From positions 96,962 to 160,961 of the forward strand of contig MU058482.1 of assembly GCA_013265495.1 (NCBI GenBank): 64,000 bases of DNA. Direction: 5' to 3'. This document shows, piece after piece, positions 50,243 to 64,000 of the stretch. The number at the start of each line of letters is the position of its first letter. The first letter of the stretch is position 1. The DNA is from Vicugna vicugna. Its lineage: Eukaryota. A program made the position numbers and the translations under genes. The notes under the pieces were generated by a model, which saw only the letters and a list, made by a program, of their open reading frames with translations, was not told the DNA's origin and searched no databases.

Positions 50243-50358
50243 GGGGAGGGCATAGCTCAATGGTAGAGCATGTGCTTAGCACGCATGAGGTCCTAGGTTC
50301 AATCCACAGTACCTCCATTAAAAATGAATAAACATAATCACCTCCTCCCCCTTAAAAG
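50243..50358 (+). mobile_element. tRNA-Ala-derived SINE (vic-1-like)
   Basis: A/B boxes, AT tail, degenerate TSD aagttatggtggtgaa / aagttttggcagtgaa. Confidence 0.88.
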
Positions 50359-50819
50359 AAGTTTTGGCAGTGAACATTGAAATTTGTGAATGCCCTCAGG
50401 ATGTATTTGTCTCCTCTGCCAGGCTTAAGTTTTGAAGAAAACCAAACAACAAAGAATTGAATAATTTCATTGACTTTACAACATTGGGATGAGGTTCAGT
50501 AAATATCGACTTCTTCTTCCAGCATTTTCAGCTTTAGAGTTATACTTACAACCTGCAGTTTTGTAGGGCTGCCACACTCTTTTCTGTTTATAAGTTCAGA
50601 ATACAGAGTTTAACTTTCCTGCAAGCTCCTTGTGATCAGTTAGCTCCCAAATGATCTCCACCAGGAAGGGCATTTTTATTGAACTCATTGTGATTTAATA
50701 CATCTTACATTTCCCTTTCATAATTATTATTTTCTAATAGGAATACATCCAATGGTCATAGTAGAAATTAATCTCTTTTAGATCAAAGGCACCATATTAT
50801 TTCTTTTTGAAAAAATAGA

Positions 50820-51840
50820 ATTTATTAAGCACACGTCACATCTTTTGTAATTGTCCTACAGTTCTTGGGTAGTCTATTGTGCTGTTGGTTTTTCCAGTCA
50901 CTTTTCTGTTTGTTTTTCAGTTTGGGAGGTTTTATTGAGATATCCTCAAGCTCAGAGTTGTTTTTTTTTTTTCCCTCAGTTGCTTCCAGTCTACTAATAA
51001 GCCCATCAAATGCATTCTTCATTTCTGTTACTGTGTGTTTTATCTCTTGTGTTTCTTTTTGGTTCATTCTTAGGATTTCCTCTTCTCTGCCTACGTTGCC
51101 CATCTGTTCCTGCACACTGTGCTACTTTATCCATCAGAGCTGTTAGCATGGCAATCATAATTGTTTCAAATTCCTGGTCTGATAATTCTAACATCCCTGC
51201 CGTATCTGAGTTAGGTTTTGATGCTTGCTTGGTCTCTTCAAACTGCTTTTTTTTTTAACTTTTAGTATATCTTACAATTTTTTCTTGATCGCTGGGCATA
51301 AGCTACTTGGTAAAAGGAACTGCGGTAAATGTGCCATTAGTAGTATGGTAGAGAGATACGCGAGCAGGGGAAGCCTTCTATAGTCCTGTGATTACATCTT
51401 AGTCTTTTAGTGAGCCTGTACCTCTGAATTTTGAACTTCACACATCCTTCTCATGGCGCAGGTGGGACAGGATGGCTAGAAGGGACTGGAGTTGAGTATT
51501 TCCCTTTTCCCGGGTCAGCTAGGCTCTGATAATACCCCAGCGGGTTAGGCTCTGGTTAAACAGTTGCCCCTGAGGGCAGGACTTGTTAAGAACAGAATGC
51601 TTTGGCATCTTTCAAAATGAGTCTATTTTCTCTTTTTCTGCTGGAAGCATGAGGGAATTTCTCCCTAGTAATCACTGTGAGAACCAGATTGAGCTCCCAA
51701 AGGTAAGACTCACAAACCCGGAAGCCCCACTATGACTGAGTAACCCGGAGTTTTTAATCTCTCAGACTTGTCCACATTGAGCCTCCAGGAAATTATCAAT
51801 CACAATTCAGGTTTCCCTACCCTAGCGCTGGTTCTGGTTC
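50820..51840 (-). mobile_element. Old LINE-1 5'/ORF1 fragment
   Basis: ORF 50825-51115 gives EIKHTVTEMKNAFDGLISRLE, an L1 ORF1 coiled-coil motif. Confidence 0.8.
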
Positions 51841-52737
51841 TGAGGCTGGGGCTTGGTGTGCAGCGTAGGCTCATCAATTGTAACAAATGTACCTCTCTGC
51901 TGGGAAAGTCCATTATGGGGGAGGCTATGCATGTACATGTGCAGGAGATATACGGGAACTGTCTGGACCTTCTGCTCAGTTTTGCTATGAATCTAAAACT
52001 GCTCTAAATGTTATAAACTATTTTAAAAAGAAGACTGCAGAAAAGAACCAGAGAAGGTCAAAAGACAGAAATAAAGGTTGGGGAAATAGAACTTCAGAAA
52101 AGAAGACAAAAAGGAACAATTAGTCAATGTGTTGAGTATCACTTTTTATTTCATCCTGTGTATACACAAAACCAGGGGGAGATGTGCCAAGTACAATTTG
52201 AAAGAATTCATGGAAGAAAGCACTCCCCTATGAAGAAAATGGACTGTTTCTCATGCCTTCTTCCTGTGCTGATTCCCAGAATCCCCCTAAAGGGCCCTTA
52301 AATGGAACACGTAGTTACAAGCAGGGGGTGGGACTGTGTTACTAGCTCTCTGAGAGGTGCCCTCTAGCCTAGCTGCTAGGCTCTCTTCCTGAGAGGGCTG
52401 TCCCTCTAAACTGTGTTTGGGAGACGCTAGGATCCTGCACGATAGCTGTGGGGGTCCAAGGACAGCAGTACGTGCCTGCCCCAGCCTGGGCTTCTGCTTC
52501 CGAGATGGAGAGGAAGAAGGTCAGCACATCAGCTCTTGTTCATTCCTTCCACCAAGAAGTACTGCTGCTGGTCTTCTCCTGAACAGGGGCAAGTGCACAC
52601 TGTCACTGTGATTATTAATTTTCTTCTGAATACAGCAGAAGGAACACATATTCCTTTGGGTACTCCTTGTGAAATAATAGCTTTGGCACAATAATGCTCA
52701 GACAATTCTGGCTCCCTCCAGAAATCTCCTTTCAGGT

Positions 52738-53273
52738 TGTAACCCAGCAAGTGTGTTTATTGCCCATTGCACCGTTAAGACCAAAACCCACTGCAGTGGT
52801 GTTTTGCAGACACAGAAAAAGGCTTTATTACAGGGCGGCCAAGCAAGGAGACAGGAGACAATCCTCAAATCTGTCTCCCCTGTTGAGTGGGGTATTTATC
52901 TATCATGGAAGTAAGGAGCAAGAGGGGGAGGGGACTCAGAAATGTTTGGTGGAAAGTAAACATAAGTTTCAAGCGTTCTCTGCACAGGTGTGACTGTCCT
53001 TCATGCCTTTTCATGGGTCACATGTGCAGTTTCGGGAGGTTCTGTATGTTGGATGCAGTGGATTTTCGACCTGTGATGTCCAAAGCTCAGTATCAGCCCA
53101 CTCTAGTGTCTCAGTGTGCCTGCCAGATGCTCAATCCAAGTGGCCATTAGCAGGTTGCTTCCATTCCTGCTGTTTCCCTGGCACTCTGCAAACTAAGCTG
53201 GAGGGGGTGGGTGCGGTCTCTGTTAATCATTTGTTTCCAACTATGGGCCTTGTAAATTGCAGGGTATGTTTCA
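52738..53273 (-). mobile_element. Probable solo ERV LTR
   Basis: TG...CA ends (tgtaaccc...gtttca), antisense AATAAA near 52825, and near-matching 4-bp flanks aggt/agat. Confidence 0.5.
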
Positions 53274-53834
53274 AGATATGCTGTGAAGAGCTCTGAGTCT
53301 CCTAGAAATGTGATGCTGTCAACAAATAGATTCTTCCTGACCCCTATGGTAGGCCAATTAAAATAATCACTCTTAGAAGAGATCTTTATAAGAAAGAAAA
53401 TGGTTAGATAATCACTGTCAGAGGAGACTCAGAAAGAAAAGAAAATCTGGTTTAAGATCTTTAGACTTTTGCCTCCTGGTGCTGTTGAATTAGGTGGGTG
53501 GCTAATTTCACAGGACAAACCTAATATCTTGAAAGTTCATTCTAAATAATTTTTTCATTGCTCATTTCATCTAAGAAGATAATGTGAATTGCATCACACA
53601 GAACAGTTCCATATTATACCAAATTTGAGGGACTTTTATTATTTTAAGCTATTTTAAGAGCTGCTTATGGGGCTCAGGATTAGGGAATACTTATTCCCAG
53701 TGGCTAGAGAGGTTAGGTGCTTTATGAAAAGCACCCGTGTCCTGGATCCAGGGTACCTAGGAAGTGAAGTTATATTCAGAAGGTCACTTGTGAGCACCAA
53801 AGTAGAAAAAAGGGGACCAGTGGTCTGGAGGGCC

Positions 53835-54200
53835 CTGTGCTCGTCTGCTAGGGCTGCCAAAACAAAACAGCACAGTCACAGAGGTTTAAACAACAGAAAT
53901 GTGTTTCTCACAGTCTGGAGTCTGGAAGTCCAAGATCAAAGTGCCACAGGGATGGCTTCTCCCGAGGAGAATTGCCTCTTGTGGCTTTCAGATGACCACC
54001 TTCTTTCTGTGTCCTCACATGGCCTTTTCTCTATATATACACATCCTTGACGTCTCTTCTTATAAAGACACTGGTCCTACTGGACTAGGGCCCAACCCTT
54101 ATGACCTCCTGTAACCTTAATTACCTCCTTAAAGGTATCCCTGTCTCCCAATACAGTTACACTGGGGGTTAAGGTTCAACATATCAATTTGGGTGTGACA
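53835..54200. mobile_element. MaLR (MLT1A-like) LTR
   Basis: 'gctagggctgcc...tctcacagtctggagtctggaagtccaagatcaa...aatacagttacactgggggttaagg'. Confidence 0.75.
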
Positions 54201-56856
54201 CAACTCAGACCCACGAGGAGCCAGGCGAGTGGCCACAGCAGCTCTCCTCAGATAGTGATGGTTCAACATGAGAGTCTTGATCTCTGACCCCTCCTCCTTG
54301 GGCTCCAAGAAGACCACTCCCCTTATGTTTACTTTCTTTCTTTAGGCAACTGACTGTGCAGTCACATAATTTAAGTTTCTGTTGGTTACAAACACATTCC
54401 AGCGGCCTCCCCTTGCCATGCCCAGGTTCCTTGATACATTTACCTCTTCCAAGTCTCTTCAGACTCTTGTGTCCAAAGGGTCTATATGGATGTACATCTA
54501 ATTGTGTCCATTATGAGATCATCTCACTAGGTGAAATTTAATCTAGCACTTAAAAAAATAGCCTAGCACACAAGAAGACAGTGTAGGGACCTGGCTAAGA
54601 GCAGATTCTAAGAACTGACTGCTAGGATTCAAATTCCAGTTCTGCCACTACCTGTGTGACCTTAGCCAAGTTACTTCATCGCTTGGTGCCTCAGTTTACT
54701 CATCTGGAAAAGGGGAATCTACTATTACCTTCTTCATAAGTAGGGCCAGGACTAGGCTGAAGCAAAAGAAGTACCTAGGGTGCAAAAGTGCACTTATGTG
54801 ACCACGAGTCAGTGTCTCTTAAATTTTGCTCCCCAGATGCCTGTCTTGCTTTACCCCTAGTCCCAGCCCTGTTCGTAAGGTTGTTGTAAAAACATCAAAT
54901 GAACAAAACACCTAGAACAGTGCATGGCATAGAAGAAGGGATGTGTAAGAGTTAGATAGGCATTAACTGCTGCTATTATTATTATTAAGAGAGTAGCGTG
55001 GAAAAAGAGCCAGAGTGGGATTTTGAAGAATTCAATTAAATTAAACAAAAGAAAAAAAGTTGTTGACTTTTTGCTTCACTGTATCCCCAAAAGCAAGAGG
55101 GATGACCTCTCCTTTCTCCATAATAATGCAGCACAATGTTTCCACTGGAACCACCTTCAAAAGTTCAGCCATGTTCAGAAACAACCAAGCTCTGCAGAAT
55201 AAAAGGTGGAGGGGCACAGCTCAGGGACAGTGGGTTTTTTTCCACTTCTTCTGCCAAAAATGTATGTATGACTATGAGTCTGGGACTCAACAGTGTAGCA
55301 GCAATCAAATATTCTTCATTAAGCACCCATATATAGAGTGGGTTTCTTCCGATTAGCAGCCTGCAACTTAAAAGCAGGCCAATTCAAAACTCCGGAGAAC
55401 CAGAGAATTACTTTAACTTAATACAGGATTTTAAAAAGTGGGGAAGAAATTCAGCCATGTTTCTCACTCTTGCCGAGTCTGCTCAAACTGGGATGGTCTG
55501 ATCCTGAAATGCGACCTCAATATATATGCAGCCAGTGTGTATGGTAGTGTAAGAAGGATACAGGATTCATAAAGTTGGACTCAGTGATTTTCCTTGAATG
55601 GATTATCCAAAGCATCTACCCGCTGAAAGAAACGCTAGTTCTTTGTACAGAAAATTTTTAAATGAATAAATTTTAAAACATCAATTATAAATGTTTTAAT
55701 GTGTACAGAATAGTTAATTGGTTATAGAAATCTTTTTTTTAAATTTACCATTATCTTCTCAATGGATTTATCTTCAGAATATGTGACTTGTTTTTCTCCC
55801 TGTCATATGAAAGCATTTATGCTGGGGGGGGAAAAGGTGTTGCATTTACTATAGCACCTACTGCTGTGAACGGTGCAAAATGAATACAATGTGGTCTCTG
55901 TGCCTGAGGGACTCCCAGTGCAGCCAAAGAAACAGGTGCAGGCTCCACCCTTGATAAACGGTAAACCGTGGTAAATGGTATAATCAAGGTATAAACAATG
56001 TGCTGTGCTATTACGGAGAAAGGCGAGGTCACGTGCAAGTAGAAGGTTTAATGAGAACCTACAGCGTGCTCAGCCCTGTGCCCAGAGCTGTGGTGTCATA
56101 GAAGGTGCACAAAAGCCTTCACCTCCCTTCTGACGTGGATGACTATTTAGTTGGAGTGACAAAGCTAATACACATTCTCAAGAGCAGCAAACAATGTTCC
56201 ATGTTAGGCTGTGGGCAGAATACTGAAAGCATTTCAGCCTTCCAGAGAAGAAGGAGGCCCATAGGAGCTGGAGTAGTGAGGGATGGAAGGAGGATTCTAG
56301 GACATGGCGGGGTCCCCTGGTGGGAGGGAATGCGGGACCAGGAGGAGCCTGGCCAAACTGCAACAGAGGGAGGAGGAGGCAGAGAGAGGAAGGCTATTTG
56401 GTAAGAAGGAGGCCTTCAGGAACTAGGGGGAATATTACCGAGTGTAGTAGCCAATTTGAGAGCCATTAAAAGGTTTGGGACAGACAAGGGACCCGATGCA
56501 AGTGATATTTGATGAGCAGTTTGTAGGATGGAACAGAGAATGAAGGTGGTGGTGAAGGGGTGGTCTGGAGGTGGGAAAATGGGGGTAGCAGGGCCAGAGG
56601 TGATTCTTCAGAGGGAAGTGCTAAAGATCTGAACTAGGGATGACCTGTGGGAATGGAAGGAAAATGTTTCCACTGCATTTTATGAGACACAGCTATGAGA
56701 AGTATTTTGATAAAAGGAAGAAGGAGGGGGAAAAGGAAGAAGGAAAGAGGAAGTAAAGTCTCACCAGTTAATAGAACCAAGTGCTTTCCACGGGGAAGGT
56801 AAAGTTGGGAGGCAGAGCTGCTTTAAGGGAGATAACTAGTGGTGGTTTATACACAC

Positions 56857-57445
56857 TGATACAGTAGGAGGGAACAGCAAGTCCCTCCTCTCACCCAATC
56901 CCCACTCCTTCCCATCAGAGAGGATCAGATTCAAAAGAAGTTTGTCAAGCCCGGCATCCATTATGACTGAGAACCAGGTATGAAAAGTGCCAGATAAAAA
57001 ATGTCACTTACCATCTGTCTCTACAAGGATGGAGTCAGTAACCACTGCAGTAGCTGACCTTCAACATACCTTGAAAGGAGTTCAGGATGGAGACCAGGCA
57101 TGAGGCACTCTGTGATCTGGGAAAACTGGCAGAACATGTCTTCAGACAGATATTTTCAGGATAAAATTGTATGATCTCAATTTCTGGCTTTTCCCCATAC
57201 TTAGAAAAGCACTAAAATCATTAACTAAGATACCTGTCCCTCATGGCTAGTAGTAGCCCTCTTCCAAGACGTGTGCTTGACTGCATGTACCCCTTCTCCA
57301 AAATCGCATGCGTTCTGACCTCCCCACTCAGCTCTTTGGAGCAGCTCCTCAGAGGCTGCTCTGTCGGGCTGTAGTCCTCAGTGGGTCCCCAAATAAAACT
57401 GAAACTCACAGCTTTCATGCTGTGCGTTTCTATTTTAGCTGACAA
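56857..57445 (+). mobile_element. Probable solo ERV1 LTR
   Basis: TG...CA ends, with 'cccaaataaaactgaaactcacagct' as a poly(A) signal near the 3' end. Confidence 0.6.
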
Positions 57446-60400
57446 AAGTATGAAGTGTTTCTATGATGCCACCAGACCCTCCCAGAAGAGTAGGGAAGAA
57501 TCATATATTCCTCAACACAAGGTAAGGACCAGAGCTTTGCTAAAAGGGAGGTAGGGTATCTTTAGTATGGGCTCATACTGTGTTGACTTAATTCATTAAT
57601 ACTGACAATAATAAATGACCTTGAGAGATGTACTCACTTAATACGTCAACCTGAATAGGAACCAGCAAGCCCATCATTCTCATTGGTAGAAAGACTGGAT
57701 TTAAAGAACTCCAGAAACTGAAGCCCCCCTCACTCCACTGGCAGCTCAGGATTGGAGGGAGGACCCACGGGATACCCCTTCCTCTGAAGATCCAAGTCTT
57801 GAGGTGCCTTCCCTTGTACAGTGAAAGGGAAAATCCAGGCTAGCTAGAACTTCCATTTTTCTCTCTCTCACTTTGTAATTCCCTTCTAAAATTGTCCTAG
57901 CTTTCCATTTAAGAACATCACAGTTCCTCTGGTGTGTTCGTCCTGGGAAAGCTGATGGAATCAAGAAACAAGAGGAAGGAGATGGATCTGCCCTTCCCTA
58001 GTCCCTCCTAGCTCCTGAAGAGAAAGAGAGACAACCTGTGGGTGGGTGGGATGGGGCAGAGGCTGCAGACTATCTGTAGTGGCAGCAGAAAGAATCACAC
58101 CCCTGGAGGAACCAGAGAAGATATACCTGGTGGAATAAACCTGGCTTCTCTTTGTAAACTAGCAAAGGCTGCCCTCCAGAGGGGAAAAGAAAGGAAGAGA
58201 AGAGCACTGACCAGCTCTGGGATTACGCTGGACGTTTAGTGACAAGACGTTCGGATAGGAAATATCTACTGTGGCGTCAGGAGGGTTGAGACTAAACCTT
58301 GTGTACGCATGTTTGCGTTGGATGCAAAAAAAAAAAAAAGTCTTCAACAGAAAGATGATATTTAAATATTTTTAATATACATGAGAAGGAGCAAGTACTA
58401 AATGCTAAACACTTTCCTAGAAGTGGCTCCTGCATATTACATCTTTGCATCCTCTGCCTTTTGCAGCAGCCTGCATTGCAGACTCTCACTCATTAATCTC
58501 GCATCTTGGAGGTAATTTGGTATTTCTACCACCAGGTGGAGATGTTCCATTGCTCTTCACTTCGCTATCAAAGAGACGAGAGGTTCTTAAGAAATTTGGG
58601 GGTGGGGGCAGGGGTCAGGTTCTTTGGTTCCACCAGTTATACAAATAAGCACTTGCCTTCACGCCCAAGAGCGAAAAGAATTTGGAGAGTGAGCATGAAA
58701 GGTCAGGCAGTGGCTGCCTCTTCCTCTCTTTTTGTTTTCTTAGTCTTTTGGTTTCCATGGGGATCTGTGTTTGAGCAGCAACTCTGAATCCATTTACTGC
58801 CCCTCAAGGCTTGGGGCTGAGCCCAGAGACTGGCTGTGAAAAACAGCAGGAGTTGGAATGGATAGAAAAAAAGAGATTTATTTGGTAAATTTGGCTAGCA
58901 AAAGATGACAGGTACAGGAGGAGGGGAGATGGGGTGAGCCATGGAATGGGGTGCACAGAGGAATGCAAAAGGCAGATAATGTTTTAGTGCAAATAAAATT
59001 TGGGGGATGTTAAAATCTTTTCCAAAATTCTCTAATTAGGGGTACTTTGTTTTCTCAACATAGACCATTTCAGTACACTCTGGGCCCTTTATATGACCAG
59101 GCCCTCTCCGACCCCTATCCAAAAAGCGTCAGTAGAGCTGTCAGAACCCACCTGGGGTCCTGATGTGTCTTCCTGTTCCACAAGCACTCTAGGGCAAGAG
59201 ATGAGAGCTCCAAGGAAAGACCATCCACCGTATTCCCTAGGCGTAGGACAGTGCCTGGCCCACAGTAAACTCTCAGTAAAATAGTTGTTGAATGGATGAA
59301 TGAATAAGTGAGCAGTAAGACCAGGATGGCCTGGACTAATTTTACTCAGTTCTAACTTGAGAGAAGACAAACTAGAGGCAAAGAAAAAATGTTATCTTTT
59401 CTTGTCATCAGAATCATAAGGATGTGAATGTGTTCATTCAGAGATCAATTCATTCAAAGATTGATTAGAGGGTTTTGTTGCTTTTCTGCTTAAATCAGAG
59501 GTTTTTCATATTTGCATTACTAATAGCCCCTGTTTCTAAGAGTATTTGCATTTCCGTCAGTTTGAGCTATTATTCAGGACCCATTCACAGATAGCAGTCA
59601 TCTGCATATGAACGGCGCCCTACCTGCAGATAGAATCAAGTTTTCCCTCTTAATCGCTTACCTTCTAGCCCTATCTTTTCACCTCGCTTTCTCTCCCATT
59701 ATCCTGTTTAATTACCACTCTCTGTAATTATCTCATTTATTTACTCGCATTTTGATTGCTTGTCACCTCCCACAGGTAACAAGTTCCTTGCTGCTTTCCT
59801 CACAGAGCCTTCAATTGTAAATTTTAGAGTCTAAATCGTCAAGTCTTACCTTTTTTTTTTTTGAAAACTTATTCTTCATGATCCTCCTTTAATCTATTCA
59901 CCCTCCTGCCCTCCAATAGGAAGTGACCTTTTCTTCCTCTGAATGTGTACACGTTTGATCTGCATTTCTCATAGCACTCACCATTTGCTACCTACACAGG
60001 ACAGCATAATAACATTAGCCACCAAATGTAGTGAGCTTGAGGGATTGGCCAGCCACTGGGCCAAATGCTTTAACTGACTTTTGCTAAATCTCTACCACAA
60101 TCCTATGAAATAGGTACTATTAACCTCATTTTTATATGAGGAAACTGAGGCTCAGAGAAGCTAAGTAAAATGGCTAGAATTTTGAGTGGATAAGTGGTGA
60201 AGGCAATTTAAACCTAAAAAGCCAAACCCCAGAATCCATATAGTCTTTGGACTACAGATTTTGTTGTAAGATAAATGTGTTAGAGCCTCAGTTCCATAAT
60301 TCACGGCTACATGACCCTTAGCAATCTACTAACCTCTCTAAACCTCAATTTCCTAACTGGTAAAATGGGAATACCACTGTCTACGTCACAAGATCCCTGC

Positions 60401-62565
60401 AAGACAGAGACTCACACAGAAGCGGCCCCAAAAGAGTAGCTATTAACATTACCTGCTTACCTGTTTGATCTCCGATACGAAGTTAACACTCCTCCAAAAA
60501 GGACCTGTTTTTATTCTCTTTGTATTTATGACACCTAGCACAGTGTTTTATATACAGTAACTAACTAGGGACATTTACTTACTAGAGGGAGAGAGGAAGC
60601 AAGGGAGGGGTAGATGTGTGGTTGGATGAATTGATAGATCACTTATTGCCAAAAACAATCAGTCCAAGTCAAATCTCCTCTCTTCTTCCCACGGAACTTT
60701 GTGCATCCTCTATGAAATTTCCTCACATCGTATTATATTTTCTGGTTTAATATTTACCCCTCAAGGAGAGGCAAGGTCCATGTCTTATTTACTGTTGTAA
60801 CCCCAGCATCTCAGTTCTCTTGTTTCTCTCTTAATGTGAGTATGCATGTGACTTTATGTAGAGAAGTGTGTATTTTTTAAACTCTACTTGCTCCCTAAAT
60901 GTAGGTCCAGTGAGTGAAATATGAAATGCGTTTGATAAATGTTTGCTGAGAATATAACTAAGTGGAAGATCTAGCTGCCTTGGTCCTTACATCCCAAAAG
61001 AAGGAAAGGATTTCTCTGGCTTGGGCTTGGGTTTAAATCCCGAGGTGATTCTGCCATCTGGAGATGAACCTATAAGCTGCTTTGGTTTCAGACTAGACTT
61101 ACTTCTAGAGAGGTCACAAAGGTCAGCAGGCCTGAGGATTGTTGGTTAATTTTAATATTGTTAATTAATGCAATTCAAATTAAATTTCGATATGCAAATT
61201 CAATTACAATTACATGAAGGTCTGCAAAAGAAAGGGAGAAACAGCAGCTTTAGGAATGTAGTCGGCATGTAGTCATCCGCGCTGGCATTCCATCAGTGAG
61301 CGCGGAGTGAGTCTCTCAGTTCTCTTGTCCCTCTCTAATACGAGCACAAATGTGACTCCATATTGAGAAGTGTATAGTTTTTATTCTACCTACCTCCTAA
61401 ATGCAGGCCATCTGTATCATTTGATGCTCAGCGAAAGAACCGATAAACTGTTCCAATACCAGAGCAGTCTCTGGTGCATTCCTTCTTCGGGGGTTTTCAA
61501 CTTTGACGCTGAGTGACTTTGCTTTAACTGATGCCTTTAGAAACTCCCATGGACTTATTATTGCAGGACCCTAGGTAGAAACCGTCGCAATAGACATATT
61601 CTGTGGATTGATGTAGCTAGTCATATTTAAAGCACAGAGTTTAAAGCCCAGGTGTTAAAGTCACCTGGTCTAATCTCATCATCGCAAATGAGGAGACTGA
61701 GGTCTGCACAGACAAAGACATTTTCCCGGTGACTTAACTGGGAAGTAAAAGAGTCTGCTAGAACCCAAGTCAATGGTTTCCCCACTAAAAATGAAAATAT
61801 GTTTCATATGAGCTCTATTTGTGAAGCAGATTTTGAATACAAGCTCTTGAAGGGTAGAGAGGACATGAGGTCACATTCACATGCATTATTCCCAGCTAGT
61901 ATTCTGTAGTTACCCAGCGGGTATCAAAGAATGGCCAAACTATGCTTTCATATAAATGTGCTTTTTATTTTGAAAATTATATACTTTTAATGCTCTTATT
62001 TTAAACAGATCTTAACTTTAAAAGGGATTTCATCTTACTCTAATGGTTATGACATTGTTGCTTGTTTGTTTTCTAAGATTTTAAAGTATGTAATGTGATT
62101 TTATTGAGTTTATTTTCTAAAGCTATTTTCATGTGTCTTACTGGGGGTAGGAAGGGAGTGTTCCTTCTTTCATTTCAAGAAAAAAAAGTTAATACTGGGA
62201 TTTCAAGTTGACCGAATGAAGATGGACAGCTTAGAAATGGTGTGTGTGGAAAGATGGGGAGGTTTGCAGTATAAAGATGGGGGCAGGTGATGGAAAGAAA
62301 ACTCCCCTTGAATAACAGGCTTATTTCTCCCAATTTTCCCTCTTTACCCTCTCTGTTCCTTCAGACTTTTTGGAAACATACATCCTGGTAACATTTATCT
62401 CTTGACAAAAAGATGGAAACAAATGTCATTGAATCAAATAGGGCAAGGAAAAATCTAAACCTCACAGAGTAGAATTTGGTCATTAAGTTTCTCCTCCAAA
62501 TCCACTGACCCCCTCTCCTTATCTTAGCATATACATTTTAAAAGATATTTTTATCCCGCTCTCCA

Positions 62566-62700
62566 TGTGTGTGTGTGTGTATATATATATAGAGAGAGAG
62601 AGAGAGATAAAGACAATATACATATATACACAGATATATAGACATAGATATGTGTCTATCTATCTATCTAAAGGAAGGAAGAGAAAGAAAGGAGAGAGAG
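62566..62700. repeat. Compound (TG)/(TA)/(GA)/(TCTA) microsatellite
   Basis: Directly visible. Confidence 0.85.
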
Positions 62701-63265
62701 CAGTCACAACATGTGTAGTAAATTCCTGAACTTCATGTTAGATTCTGTGGGATTAGGATGATCATGGGGTCCAGAAAAGTACGTAGCACTTTAAGATGGA
62801 CAAAGAATAATGAATCAAAAGTGTATAATTATTAAATCACATAAGTAGCATGTTGTCATTCAGTCTCATTAAAATGCTTCATTGCAGAGAAGCACAAAAT
62901 TCTCCACAATATACACCATACATCTTTAAATTCCATATTTAAGCTAGTTGCTATTTACCTCAAACCCATTCACGGCAGTCCTTCCAGTTTTTAGCTCCTC
63001 TCTCTGTTTATTCATTTGCTATCATATTCCAGCCTGCTTGGACTAGCAGGTTGCCTTTGGGTTCTTCAGCTCATCCTCTCTCTCCTCAAGGATTCTGGCT
63101 TTGATTTGCCCATCAGCTCTCCTTATTTTGCACTATCTTTTAGAGTAAACTGTCTTTTAGAGTAAACTCTAATAAACACCATGAGAACCGTGGGTCCTGG
63201 CTCATTTTGAGGCCATATGAGCAGTTCCAAGATAAATAAGGAGCCACATCAGAAGTCCCTAAGCA

Positions 63266-63409
63266 GGGAGACGATATAGCTCAAAGATAGAGGGCATGCC
63301 TAGCATGCACAAGGCCCTGGGTTCAATCCCCAGTACCTCCATTTAAAAATAAATTAATAAACAAACAAACAAACCTAATTATTTTCCCCAACAAAAAGAA
63401 AAGAAAAAA
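63266..63409 (+). mobile_element. tRNA-Ala-derived SINE (vic-1-like)
   Basis: B box GGTTCAATCC, AT tail, perfect TSD agaagtccctaag (63251-63263 and 63410-63422). Confidence 0.9.
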
Positions 63410-64000
63410 GAAGTCCCTAAGAATCCTGGGAGTACCCTAATTATGGATGAGGAATAAAGCAGTGGTATAATTTAGAAATTTTAAAAAATGTTTAAAAAAT
63501 AAGAAAGAGTTATACCAAAAGATTGAAGTCCAAGTCATTACAAAATAGCTGCATAATAATAAACTGGACAGTATTTGCTTTATTATCTGTTGTGTACTAG
63601 GTACTCAGCACATAGTAAATGCTTTAAAAATATTTGTTGAATAAATGAATGTGAATGAATAAACTCTACCAAGGGCAGATTTAAAGGATTTGCACTTAAA
63701 ATATAATTAGGAATCAATTGGCATCATCAACATGTTTCTCAATCCTTACATTAGTCACTGAAGTATTCCTTTCCTGGGAATGGTTTCCAGTGTGGGGAAG
63801 GGATTATTATTATTTGACTGAAATCGTTTAAGGTATGAAGTTATCAGAATGGACTTGGCTCCTAAAACACAATGGTCCCCACAAGAAAAGAAAGTTCATA
63901 AGTTCTAGAGAACATGGAGAAATTAAGATCTAACTTTAAAATTTTTACTTATGCTTGGGTTACCGCTCATTCTTGCCTCTTCCCATTTATTCTCCAGTTT

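Noticed and set aside
63135..63168. 17-bp tandem repeat (tcttttagagtaaact) and a similar 19-bp repeat near 32587-32636
   Set aside because: Ordinary short slippage duplications, with no spacer structure or functional context.
1..64000. The H enhancer of the orthologous mouse MOR28 cluster
   Set aside because: I could not find its core motif. By synteny it should lie beyond the left edge, upstream of OR4E1.

Overview
Mammalian genomic DNA, most likely camelid because it carries six copies of a tRNA-Ala-derived SINE resembling vic-1. It covers the distal end of the T-cell receptor alpha/delta locus, oriented opposite to human 14q11.2. Gene order: OR4E1 (+), OR4E2 (-), a decayed ARF1 processed pseudogene (-), one intact TRAV1 (leader exon, V exon, 23-RSS; -), OR10G2 (+), OR10G3 (+), and an apparently complete, isolated RNase A-superfamily gene (-). 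That gene has a signal peptide, all 8 canonical cysteines, an altered catalytic triad, a TATA-like box, a splice acceptor and a poly(A) signal. By synteny SALL2 should lie beyond the right edge. The rest is L1, LTR, DNA-transposon and SINE sequence. Most notable are the RNase-like gene, a ~390-bp inverted repeat with a 253-bp perfect core around 1.4 kb upstream of OR4E2, a near-perfect ~299-bp tandem duplication, and a probable 1-bp frameshift in the OR4E2 tail. Gene names and cross-species comparisons come from recalled reference sequences, not database searches. Repeat boundaries and subfamily names are approximate.
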